A DNA stretch of 64,000 nt, taken from positions 1,426,769 to 1,490,768 of the forward strand of contig OZ251471.1 in the NCBI GenBank assembly GCA_965242635.1. Direction: 5' to 3'. The position numbers and the translations under genes are program-made. Below are positions 38,871 to 48,700 of this stretch, one piece after another (position 1 is the first letter of the stretch; the number at the start of each line of letters is the position of its first letter). The stretch is from Bdellovibrionales bacterium. Lineage in GTDB: Bacteria; Bdellovibrionota; Bdellovibrionia; Bdellovibrionales; UBA1609. The notes under the pieces were generated by a model. It was not told where the DNA came from. It did not search any database and was given only the letters and a program-made list of their open reading frames with translations.

Positions 38871-40487
38871 ATGTCTTCACTGATCAGCAAAAAGCCACAA
38901 AAAGCAGAGAAGTCCGCTCTGCTGATGTCCACCGGCACCTTCATATCCCGTGTTCTGGGGCTTTTCAGGGACATGGCGATAGGGGCTTTTTTTTCCCGAA
39001 CAGAGACAGACGCCTTCTTTGTGGCTTTTCGAATCCCCAATTTTTTTCGCCGTTTTATAGGGGAAGGGGCCCTTTCCATAAGTTTTATCCCTGTTTTTGT
39101 CCAGTGCCTTGCCCCCTCTTCAGAAGGGGCTGTTTCTGAACAGGATCCCACACAAAGGGCGAAAAACCTGATGAACAGTGTCTACACCCTTTTACTGCTT
39201 CTGGTGGCGAGCCTGACTGTGGGGGGCATTTTGTGCATGGATCCTCTGTTTCACTGGCTGTTTGCCGACACCCCTTTTGCTCAGGTGGAGCAAAAAATGC
39301 AGATGACGATTCTCATGGCCCGTTTGTTGTTTGTGTATTTGTTTTTGGTGACTTTATACGCGTATTTTATGGGTATCGCGAATGCCCTGGGGAGCTTTTT
39401 TATCCCTGCTTTGGCCCCCGCTTTTCTCAATATTTTTATCATTGTGTTTGCTTTTTTGCCAAAGGACACAGTGCCCTTTCCTCCTTTGCTTTTGTGTTAT
39501 GGCGTGCTGGCGGGCGGTTTTTTTCAGGTGGTTTTGACCGCTTTTTTGCTTTATCGGTTGGGTTTTTTACCCCTGCCTGTTCTTTCTTTTTCCCATAAAG
39601 ATCTTGGGCTTATGCTCAGTCGTTTTGGCCCTGGGCTTTTGGGGGTGGGGGGCTTTGCCATTATTGGCCTTATGAACCTTTATTTTGCCGGCTGGCTGGA
39701 GGAGGGGGCACACACTTATATTTATTATGGGGATCGCCTGCTGGAGCTTCCCCGCTCTCTTATAGCCATCAGCATGGGGACGGCTCTTTTGCCTCAGCTC
39801 TCATGGTTTTCTGCCAGAGGCCAAAGGGCGGAAATGCTGAAAACCGCCTCTCAACAAAGGGAACTGCTTTTGTTTTTGGTTTTGCCCTGTGCGGTGGCTT
39901 TTTATTTTATGGGCACACCCATTATAGAGGTTTTGTTTCAAAGGGGGCGGTTTGATGCTGTTACAGCGGAGAACACCGCTTTGGTTTTAAAAATCTATTC
40001 TGTTTTACTCATCAGCTCCTCTCTTTCGCGGGTATTGGCCACTTGTTTTTACGCGGTCAAAAACACCTGGTATCCAGCCCTTTGTTCTGCCCTTTATATG
40101 TTGTTTCATGCTTTGCTGGTGGGTTATATGACAAAGGCTTTGGCTTTGCCGGGGTTGGTGGGGGCGACCGTTATATCCAATGTGTTTTTTATGTGTTTGC
40201 TAATGGGGGCTTATCCTTTTTTTGTGGGCCGGTTTTATGTGGCCAGTACTCTCAAACAGCTGGTTTGTTTTTTGCCGGGGCTTTTGATTTTGGCTTTTTA
40301 CTTGAGTTTTGCCTTTGATTTTTCCAAAGCTCTGTTTCAAACATGGGCCGGTGATCTTTTGGCGGGGGTTTTGGCTTTGATTTTTGTGGTTTTGTCTTCG
40401 TGTGTGCTTTATTTTTTGGTAGGGGCTTTCTTTCGTCTCTCTTCCGTCAAACAGTGCTTAAATCTCATCAGAAAAAAAAGAGGCTGA
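38871..40487 (+). CDS. murJ: Lipid II flippase MurJ (MviN)
   Basis: 'STGTFISRVLGLFRDMAIGAFFSRTETDAFFVAFRIPNFFRRFIGEGALS', plus 12 or more TM segments. Confidence 0.9.
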   Translation: MSSLISKKPQKAEKSALLMSTGTFISRVLGLFRDMAIGAFFSRTETDAFFVAFRIPNFFRRFIGEGALSISFIPVFVQCLAPSSEGAVSEQDPTQRAKNLMNSVYTLLLLLVASLTVGGILCMDPLFHWLFADTPFAQVEQKMQMTILMARLLFVYLFLVTLYAYFMGIANALGSFFIPALAPAFLNIFIIVFAFLPKDTVPFPPLLLCYGVLAGGFFQVVLTAFLLYRLGFLPLPVLSFSHKDLGLMLSRFGPGLLGVGGFAIIGLMNLYFAGWLEEGAHTYIYYGDRLLELPRSLIAISMGTALLPQLSWFSARGQRAEMLKTASQQRELLLFLVLPCAVAFYFMGTPIIEVLFQRGRFDAVTAENTALVLKIYSVLLISSSLSRVLATCFYAVKNTWYPALCSALYMLFHALLVGYMTKALALPGLVGATVISNVFFMCLLMGAYPFFVGRFYVASTLKQLVCFLPGLLILAFYLSFAFDFSKALFQTWAGDLLAGVLALIFVVLSSCVLYFLVGAFFRLSSVKQCLNLIRKKRG

Positions 40488-40650
40488 CCGCCGTGTCGGC
40501 GGGGACAAAAGGTAAACTCTGTCTTTCCAAAGACACTCTGATGAAATAAAATCACCAAAAAAAAGAGGCTGACCGCCGTGTCGGCGGGGACAAAAGGTAA
40601 ACTCTGTCTTTCCAAAGACACTCTGATGAAACAAAATCACCAAAAAAAAA
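40472..40650. repeat. 85-bp tandem repeat x2 plus a partial third copy
   Basis: AAAAAAAAGAGGCTGACC starts at 40472, 40557 and 40642. The first copy contains the murJ stop. Confidence 0.9.
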
Positions 40651-40677
40651 GAGGCTGACCTTTTTGGATCAGCCTCT
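40642..40677 (-). terminator. Rho-independent terminator of the porin gene
   Basis: AGAGGCTGA-N10-TCAGCCTCT, followed on the minus strand by T9. Confidence 0.6.
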
Positions 40678-40702
40678 TTATCATAAAACTTAATTCAGCT
40701 CA

Positions 40703-41845
40703 TTAAAAATCAAACTGGGTGTTTAATTGCACCTGCCAATAGCGGTTGTCATTCACCAAATCATACAAACCACCATGCAGGGCCACAGAAAAACCGCCCG
40801 CCCAGTTCTTTTTCACATAGAGGTCGGCTTCCACCACACCTTCTGTATTAAGATCTGAGTCATCGCCGACAGCTTTTCCACCATTGCCCCACTTGCCGAA
40901 GGCACCTGCTTTGTGGAAGTAAATCCCTGCCACACCCACTTCAAAATCCTCTGTGGGCATATAGGAGATACCCCCTTTTCCATAAATACCACCATTACCC
41001 CATTGAACCACATCCAAAAGACCGGAACGGCCATGACGGCTGTAGTAAAAAGGGTCATACTCATCAGACTCATAGTGCCCACCCACATAAATACGGGCAT
41101 CCACATCCAAAGTGTAACCCACTTCTGCATCCACAAAATACTGCTCAATCAGAGTGGCAAAATCCTCTCCATGAACAGCCCCTGTCACTTTATAATCCAG
41201 GCCGGACACATCTCCGCCAATGCCCAATCCAAGACGAATTTGGTCTGACTGGCTGGCACTGTCCGGGGCTCCTTCACCCCCCTTTGCCCACAAACCAAAC
41301 AGATTGGCCATTTTAAACTCTTCAGGGAGTGCACGCACATTCAAAGAGAAACCCAATACACCCTCATAGCTTTTGTGCTCCTCTTCCTGGTTGCCTTCCC
41401 ATATTTTGGGAAGATAAGCCCCCCATATATCCACAGCCAGACTCTCTGTGTTGTAAGTCAGAACAGCCCCGTCCATGACATAAGGGTATTTCTCGTAGTC
41501 ATTGAGACCTATGGAAGAACCATCGGCCACCTCGAAAGGGGTCCGGCCCAATCTCAGCAAGACCTCGTCTGATATCTTCCAGTCACCATAGCCGTAAATG
41601 CGAATATCGTTGTCACTGTAATTGCTGTCCCCCCACTGATAGTTGGTCATCAACCAAAAGTGGCTTTCGAACATCTCGTTGGGGCGAAAAGCACCAGAGA
41701 GCCTGAACCTTTGTATAAATACATCCTTCAAGTCCTGATCATAATAGATCCCTCTGGCCCGGTGTTGACCGCCCAACTCCACATCCATAGCCCCCACCAC
41801 GGGAGAAAGGAGGAGAAAAGCGGATAAGTAAAAAAGTTTTTTCAT
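40703..41845 (-). CDS. Outer-membrane beta-barrel protein (porin-like)
   Basis: Signal peptide 'MKKLFYLSAFLLLSPVVGA'. Alternating aromatic/Gly-rich strands. C-terminal '..QLNTQFDF'. Confidence 0.7.
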   Translation of the reverse strand: MKKLFYLSAFLLLSPVVGAMDVELGGQHRARGIYYDQDLKDVFIQRFRLSGAFRPNEMFESHFWLMTNYQWGDSNYSDNDIRIYGYGDWKISDEVLLRLGRTPFEVADGSSIGLNDYEKYPYVMDGAVLTYNTESLAVDIWGAYLPKIWEGNQEEEHKSYEGVLGFSLNVRALPEEFKMANLFGLWAKGGEGAPDSASQSDQIRLGLGIGGDVSGLDYKVTGAVHGEDFATLIEQYFVDAEVGYTLDVDARIYVGGHYESDEYDPFYYSRHGRSGLLDVVQWGNGGIYGKGGISYMPTEDFEVGVAGIYFHKAGAFGKWGNGGKAVGDDSDLNTEGVVEADLYVKKNWAGGFSVALHGGLYDLVNDNRYWQVQLNTQFDF

Positions 41846-42253
41846 AATTTAACTCCTTGTTTTTTGTTGTTTATTTATTAACTGACTGTGTGATCGGCTG
41901 ACTTTATTAAAAAGCCCCCTTTCTCTGAAAGAGAGCAAAGCAAAGCAGACACACAAGCCTCCTGTCATTCTGAATATATATCCTCTATATACACACCTTT
42001 TTAAAACAGAGTCAATATAAAGTATCGGATCAAAAAAGCACTTTTCATAATTTTTTGGCTTTTTTTGGCAAAAAATCAAAAAAAAGGGCTTAAAAAGGCC
42101 TAAAAAGGGCTTAAAACCACTTAAAAGGGGCTTAAAACCGCTTTTTAACCCCTCCTCACCCGCCCATAATCCCCTTTTTTTTAACGCAGTGAGTTATTTT
42201 GTTCTGCCCCAAAGCCCTGTTTTTCTCCATTTTGACCGCCATTTTACGGGTTT

Positions 42254-44041
42254 TTACATCTGTTCCGGGGCGGGAATGGAGAGGGCCCCCAGCCCTTCCG
42301 CCAGCACTTTTTTACTAATCTGGACCAAAAGCAGGCGAAATTTTTTCTGATTCAGGCTGTCTGCCCCCGATATGGGGCAATTTTGATAAAACCGGGAAAA
42401 CTTTTGTGCCAGCTCAAACAGGTAGTGGCAGACGGGGGTGGTTTTCATCTGAAAGGCACTTTTTTCCATAACCATGAAAAACCATGACAAATGCAACAAT
42501 AAACGCCATTCCTCCATAGAGCTGACAATGGGTTTTATGTCGTTCAGTGAAACAGTTTCAAATTTCTTTAAAAGGGTGGAGGCTCTGGCATGGGCGTATT
42601 GGATATAAGGGCCTGAGCGGCCGTCTGTTCTGAGCCATGCCTCCTGATCGAAAACAATTTTTTTGTTCAGATCCTGATCGTTCATGCCATATTTGATGGC
42701 CCCCTGAGCAATGACATAAGCCGTGTGTTTGATTTTTTTTTCAGACCACTCCCCTTTGTATTTTTCCAAAAAAGTGCTCTCTATATGGTGGGTCATATTG
42801 TCTATCAGGCTCATGACCGGCACAATATTGCCGGCACGGGAGCTCATGGCACCACTTTTCAACTCCACAAAATTATATTTTAAGTGAAAGGACTTTTCGG
42901 CCCATTCCTCATGGCCCGTCCGGGCCATAACTTTAAAGATCTGTTTGAAATGGGTTTCCTGCCTTTGATCCACAATATAAATGTTTTTGGCGGGCTGATG
43001 ATCTTTAAATTTACGGGCCATTAAATACAGGTCCTTGGTGGCATAAAGCCCTTGGCCATCCGACTTCAAAAGCATGCAAAACCCCAGATCCGGCCCCAGA
43101 TCCATGCCCAAAGCCCCTTCTGAGAGGCTGAGCCGGCCTTCTTTATGAAGGTTTTTAACCCATTGGACAGAAGGCCTGTCCATTTCCGACTCCCAATACC
43201 AGTGATCAAAGTGGGCCCCAACCCATTGATAGAGCTTGTCCATCAGCTCCTGGCTCCACAGCCGGGTCTCCTTCCATAAATCGAACACCCGACCTTTTTT
43301 GTCCTGCCACTGGCGTAAAATATCGGCCATCTGAGCTTTTTGCTTTGCCTGCTCAGCCTCCTCTGCCTGTTCATGTTTTTGGCAGGCTTTGGTGTAAAGT
43401 GCACCCAACCACTCCCCTTTGTTGTGGGCCGGCACAGGATCTTTGTTGTGGTGGCTCAGATACCAAAGGCACTTGGCTATGTGTGCACCCATATCTCCCG
43501 GATAGGTGCAGGTGATAACAGGCCAGCCTCTCTTTTTTAAAAGGGTGACAAGGCTTAAACCAAAGCAGAGGTTTCTCAAATGACCCACATGCAGGTCCTT
43601 GTGGGTGTTGGGCTGGGAGTATTCCATAAGAAGAGGTCCGGTTTTTTTTGGCCTCGCCTGAAAAGCCCCCTCCCCGTTCAAAAAACCCAAGAGATGTTTG
43701 GTGATAAACTCCGGCCGGACAAAGCCGTTCACATAAGGGCCTTTGTGAGAGACTTTTTCAAAAACAGGGGAGTCATTAAACCCGCTGGCAATAAGCCGGG
43801 CCACATCGGCTGGTTTTTTTTTCAGCTTTTGGCTTAAAAAAAAGCATGGGAGGCTGTAATGGCCCCATTCCTCCTGGGGAGGAGAACTGACCTGCCGGGC
43901 TATATCATGAACAGAAAGCTCTGTTTGAAAATGTTTTTGTATCTGCTCACCCCATTCCCGGCTGAGCCTTTCCATAAAAGGGTCTATCAAAAAAAGCTCT
44001 TCCTGATGAGACTCATGAAATGGATTATCTGTATGGGTCAT
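42254..44041 (-). CDS. argS: Arginine--tRNA ligase
   Basis: 'NTHKDLHVGHLRN' (HIGH), 'AMSSRAGN' (KMSK-like), C-terminal DALR-type anticodon-binding helices. Confidence 0.95.
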   Translation of the reverse strand: MTHTDNPFHESHQEELFLIDPFMERLSREWGEQIQKHFQTELSVHDIARQVSSPPQEEWGHYSLPCFFLSQKLKKKPADVARLIASGFNDSPVFEKVSHKGPYVNGFVRPEFITKHLLGFLNGEGAFQARPKKTGPLLMEYSQPNTHKDLHVGHLRNLCFGLSLVTLLKKRGWPVITCTYPGDMGAHIAKCLWYLSHHNKDPVPAHNKGEWLGALYTKACQKHEQAEEAEQAKQKAQMADILRQWQDKKGRVFDLWKETRLWSQELMDKLYQWVGAHFDHWYWESEMDRPSVQWVKNLHKEGRLSLSEGALGMDLGPDLGFCMLLKSDGQGLYATKDLYLMARKFKDHQPAKNIYIVDQRQETHFKQIFKVMARTGHEEWAEKSFHLKYNFVELKSGAMSSRAGNIVPVMSLIDNMTHHIESTFLEKYKGEWSEKKIKHTAYVIAQGAIKYGMNDQDLNKKIVFDQEAWLRTDGRSGPYIQYAHARASTLLKKFETVSLNDIKPIVSSMEEWRLLLHLSWFFMVMEKSAFQMKTTPVCHYLFELAQKFSRFYQNCPISGADSLNQKKFRLLLVQISKKVLAEGLGALSIPAPEQM

Positions 44042-44052
44042 AACACTCCCTT

Positions 44053-44094
44053 ATGGCCTGAAACCGATGGCCTGAAACCGATGGCTTGAAACCC
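44053..44094. repeat. 14-bp tandem repeat x3 directly upstream of the argS start
   Basis: ATGGCCTGAAACCG x2 + ATGGCTTGAAACCC. Confidence 0.85.
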
Positions 44095-44277
44095 CCATGA
44101 GGTGCTTTTCCAGCCCCCTCCAAAGGTCCAAAAAACCCTGTCTTGTATCAAAAACCAGACCTTTTTCAAAGGCTTTCATGCCTGACAATGGTCCAAAAAA
44201 GCCCTTTTTCTCATTTAAAACAGGGTTTTTAAGCAATAAAAGTTAAGAAAATCCTTTTTTCTGCCGATATTTTTAGT

Positions 44278-45147
44278 ATGAAGTTCTTATTGCCCGGTTT
44301 TTTGATTATATTCTCTTTTTTGTCTCCAGCAAAGAAGTTTCAGACCAGCTATGTCAGTTTTGACCTGCTGAACAACTGGCATTGCTACCCGGAGGGCACA
44401 GAGTGGATCTGCACCAGCAAGCTGAACAGGAAGAAAGCCTCTGAGGCCATGATTATCCTGACGGCCAAACAAAAAGGCCCCATGGACAGCCTGGCTCAAT
44501 ATATCAAATATTTAAAGACCCCCCGCCCCAACAAAACCTCCAGAGGAAAAAGTTTTCAATCCAAGGTGTTTCACGCCAAACAGAGGCAAATTAACAAGCA
44601 CATGTGGGTGGATGGGTTTCATCAGGGATCAGAAATGCCTCTTTACTATACACGCTATCTTGTGACGGTAAAAGACAGGATGGCAGTTTTGGTGAGCTAC
44701 AGTGCACATAAAAATCATTACAAAAAATACGCCTCTGATTTTGCCACCTCCATCAACAGCCTGAGATTGAAGAATATGTCTTCCGGCCTGTCCCTTGGAC
44801 GAGGATCCATGGGCATGGGGGGCATGCAGGATCATTTGCAGGACATGATCGACGCGGATGATGAGTTGGGTGGCCTGGGAAAAGATGGAGGAGAAGAAGA
44901 GGGAGGGGGCCTCAAAGGTCTGCTCAGCCGGCCGGAAGGCTTGGTGGGACTGGGTGGCTTGGGGGCTGGCTTGGCTTATCTGTTTCACAAGAGACGAAAA
45001 AGAAAACGGGCCCCTGTGGAAGAGGAAAGCAGAAGTTCCCGTCACCGGCACCGGCACAGAAGGCACAGACGATCTTCTTCAGAAGGTCGGCGATCCTCCT
45101 CCCGATCCTCCTCCCGTCGCCGGCACCGGCACAGAGAGCCGGTATGA
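44278..45147 (+). CDS. Exported, C-terminally anchored hypothetical protein with Arg/Ser/His-rich tail
   Basis: Signal peptide, Gly-rich TM 'GLVGLGGLGAGLAYLF', tail 'RSSRHRHRHRRHRRSSSEGRRSSSRSSSRRRHRHRE'. Confidence 0.55.
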   Translation: MKFLLPGFLIIFSFLSPAKKFQTSYVSFDLLNNWHCYPEGTEWICTSKLNRKKASEAMIILTAKQKGPMDSLAQYIKYLKTPRPNKTSRGKSFQSKVFHAKQRQINKHMWVDGFHQGSEMPLYYTRYLVTVKDRMAVLVSYSAHKNHYKKYASDFATSINSLRLKNMSSGLSLGRGSMGMGGMQDHLQDMIDADDELGGLGKDGGEEEGGGLKGLLSRPEGLVGLGGLGAGLAYLFHKRRKRKRAPVEEESRSSRHRHRHRRHRRSSSEGRRSSSRSSSRRRHRHREPV

Positions 45148-45175
45148 TTTGGGCCATCTGAGAATTGGCATAAAA

Positions 45176-45466
45176 ATGAAAATCACCTCAGTTAAAATCA
45201 ACCTGATCCCCAACGAAGGATGTTTGAAAGCTTATGCCAGCATCATTATTGATGATGAGTTTGTCCTGCATGATTTGAAAGTGATACAGACAGAGGAAAA
45301 ACGGTTTGTGGCCATGCCCAGCAAAAAGCACAAGGGCACATTCAGGGACATTGCCCATCCTCTGAACAGGGAAACCCGAAATCTTATTCAAAAAGCGGTG
45401 TTTGAGGAATACGATTATGTTTTAAGCCTGGTCAACTCCTCTGAAAGCTCCGGATCCAGTGACTAA
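45176..45466 (+). CDS. spoVG: SpoVG-family protein
   Basis: 'MKITSVKINLIPNEGCLKAYASIIIDDEFVLHDLKVIQTEEKRFVAMPSKK..FRDIAHPLNRETR'. Confidence 0.9.
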   Translation: MKITSVKINLIPNEGCLKAYASIIIDDEFVLHDLKVIQTEEKRFVAMPSKKHKGTFRDIAHPLNRETRNLIQKAVFEEYDYVLSLVNSSESSGSSD

Positions 45467-45566
45467 ACCAAACTGGTTTTGAAAAGGGTGTCGCTTGTGA
45501 GGTTTTTCCTTCCTGTCCGGGAAATTTGAACCATGAATTTTCAAACATGATCGGTATAAGTGGGGG
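45461..45566. repeat. Left copy of a ~105-bp direct repeat (spoVG stop / intergenic / fdx 3' end)
   Basis: GACTAAACCAAACTGGTTTTGAAAAGGGTGTCGCTT...TTTTCAAACATGATCGGTATAAG. Partner at 51322-51436. Confidence 0.8.
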
Positions 45567-45789
45567 TGTTGTGGATGGCCTCCACAGGGCAGGCTTCCAT
45601 AGCCTCCTGACAAAGGGCCTTTTCGGCCTCATTTTGTGGTTGCCGTGACACATAAGCAAAAGCCGGGGATTCCGCTTCATTGATTTTAAAGTGCTTTTCT
45701 GCCACCAAAACACAGGCGTCGCAGGCAATGCAGTCCTGAGTCACATAATAAGGGCCGGGCTGATTGCCTTTGGTTTTTTCCACACTCAT
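45541..45789 (-). CDS. Small single-cluster ferredoxin
   Basis: 'CIACDAC' + 'CP' cluster ligands. ATGA overlap with the upstream 1044-aa ORF. Confidence 0.8.
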   Translation of the reverse strand: MSVEKTKGNQPGPYYVTQDCIACDACVLVAEKHFKINEAESPAFAYVSRQPQNEAEKALCQEAMEACPVEAIHNTPTYTDHV

Positions 45790-48700
45790 GGCCTGTCTCC
45801 CCCTTTACCTGGGCGACCACTGCCGCTTTGCCCTTCGCACTTGGCTTTTTTGGCAAGACAGTCCGGCTCCTTCACCGAACTCTGGTAAGCCAGTTGAGAG
45901 CACTCATTAAACATTTTGTTTTTCTCTTCACATGTGCCATAAAGCAACCTGTTAAACTGCCCGGATTGAAGAAGGGAGGCGTTCTCCCCTTTTTCAAAAA
46001 CATTGTCCCATCTTTCATACTGGTTGGACATGATGCTGTTGGGCCGTGTCACCCGGCAATCGTAAGCCGGTTTGAAATCATAAGCAGGGGACAGATCCAT
46101 GGCCTTGGAATCAGGCTTGTCCTTGTCCTGCGTGGCCCCTTTCACTTCGCCCGTGAACGGATGGACATAATACCCCATCTGAGTCTCTTCATACTCATCA
46201 CAAAGCCCTGTCAGGTGCAACACCTCATGCGTGATGGTGGGGCAATCTATATCGGAACTGTATTTGCCGGCATGGGAACGATGGGCACTGGATCCAATTT
46301 TGATTTCTTTGGTGTTCTTTCCCCGGCAGGGGTCTTTTTCTTTTGGAGGTGGACTTTTAAGAACAATTTTCAGTTTTTTGCCCCCAGGCCCCAGCATTTT
46401 AGTGCTGGCTTTTTGCATGCACTCCTGTGCTTTTTTCATGTAATAGTCCTCAGCATGTTGTCTGGGGACCGGCCCGTCATAATCCTTATCTGCAGAAAAA
46501 CTTATGTTAAAAGGGATGGAATAAGAACCATCCGGCTCTTTTTTTAACACATAAGACTGATTTAATGGTTTACCTGTTTGCACAATTTTTTCCTCCCCCG
46601 CCTTGGGGAGCTGGCATTGGCTTTGCTCTTTCAGGTCATTGACAAGGTTTTTCATCTCTGTTATCTCGTCTGTTGAGGCAGAGGATTCACATTCCAGACA
46701 AAGGGCTTTGGCCGATGTGCTCTCTTCAGTTATCCCCGCCATATCCAACAGCTCGGAGATCTTTCCATTTAAAGTGTCCAAATGTTTTGACAAAAAAGCA
46801 CAAATACGGTTTTCACCATTCACACACTCTTCGGGGAACCGCAGGTTTTGTATTTGTTCCTGCAAAGTGTCCAGAATATTTTGAGCACACTCAGGGCCCT
46901 GCATTTTTATTTGATCTTTTATCTCTGTGTAACCCTCTGCAGAACCAAAGCGAACCGCTCTGGGCCAAAAGCCATTGGAGCAGTTGGAAGGGCATTTGAC
47001 CGAGGACTGCTTCATTTCAGCAAGGGCCTGGCCGGTTTGACTGTCTACAGCTGATTGCCTTTTTTGCCATTCCTGTTTTGCACAGGAAAAGGGTTTTTCA
47101 GAATTTATACATGCTCTGTAAATTTCAGCATAAAAGGATTCGGACGGAAAGGGAAAAAGCAGGAGCCCCCAAACCGCCAATACACAAAATCTCTTCATGG
47201 CGTTTTTAATAAAAAGATCAGGTCGCTTTTTATCCATTTTCACAAGATGTTTTTTTAAAATGCTCTCTTCCTTTTTTTTATGAAAAGTTTGCATCAGCTC
47301 CCACAGTTCCACCCCCATCAGATAGTTGTCTGAAAATTTTTTATTGTATTCCTCCATAAGAGAGGCCAAGGTGGACGAAAGCCCCTCCTCCCTGACTTTT
47401 CTGATTTTCCGGTAAAACGAGAAGGCCTGTTTTTGCTTCACTGTCCACACCGGGGCTGGCACACGAGCCACTTCAAAGCTCTCCCGCTCTCCATAAGAGA
47501 GACGATCGGCCGGCCCGCCAAAAACAGATTTTACTTGCTTTCCCAGGGCCAGATCAAACATGCCCCATTCCGGCCGGTAATACACTTTGCTCCCCTTATA
47601 AACCCGGCAGTCTTTAAAACGAACAAGCAGGGGGTGTTTGTTTTTGAGAACAGAGGACACATACTGACCCTCCAACACCCACCCGGAGTGAAAGTTGAGT
47701 TTTATCCTGCCCCCATTTTTCTGTGTGTGTTTTCTTTTGAATTCAGAGAGAGGGGTTTGATGAAGGGGCTTGTCCTCACCCTTAAGAGGCCCCAGAGGAC
47801 TGCTGTAGCCCTCTGCATGCGTTTTTGTGCCATGCCCTTTCAGCTGGTTTCCGCCATAACTCAGTTGTGAGGGGCCTTTCAGTTTTATGAAAGCCGGTTG
47901 CCCCTTTTGCTGAACATAATGCTCCAAAACACCTGAGATCTGAAGGCCTGTTTCCAGCTCTAATGTGCAGACGGTCCCCGCCTTTTGGGCCTGCTTAAGC
48001 CCGTAGGCCCCGCCACGGTAAAAAGCCAGTTGTTTGGCAAGATCCTCCAACACCATGTGCAGGGTCTCAAAATCCGGGGTCACAAAAAGCTGAGGCTGGT
48101 ATTTTGTGATGTCGTAGCTGTATTCCACACAGGAGGCAGACAGGGGGATTTTCCGGACAGCCGGGCTGAGGCAGGCTTTTGCCTCCCCAAGGGAGGAGAG
48201 CAGGCCCGCCCCGTAAATTTTGGGGCTTTTGAGGGGGCCTGTCAAACCGTATTCAGAAGTCCACCATATAAAGCGGGAGAGCCGGGACGATTCACTCAAA
48301 GCCCCCATTTGGTGGGTGATGTTTTTCAAGTGCTCCTCCGCCTGCTGAATTTGCCTCTTGGTGGAACGGGGGTTTTCCTTGATGTCGCTTAAGTGCCGGA
48401 TGGCGGAATATTGCTCAAAATCCTGCCTGTTGGTGATGGCCTTGATCACCACTTTTGCGTATGCCTGTAAAAAAGAGTTAAAAACCGGATGGACCAGGAA
48501 AGGGGTGTGCCCTGAGGCCTCATGAATAATATCCGGGGCCGGCGTATAACTGATATGATCCCTTGTTCTAAGGGCGGAGGCCACAGGTAAAATGTTTTTC
48601 AGCTGAAACTCCATAAAAGCCGAGGGGGGAATAAAGCCACTGACCGGCACAGCCCGCCAGCCCAGCTTTTTCAACTGCCTGTCTATGTCACTGATACGGG

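Noticed and set aside
41849-42250. 76-aa ORF and the GGGCTTAAAA-rich stretch between the porin and argS genes
   Set aside because: The ORF has no start context or motif. The 5 loosely spaced GGCTTAAAA motifs (42078-42140) have an irregular period and were considered too weak to call as a defined repeat.
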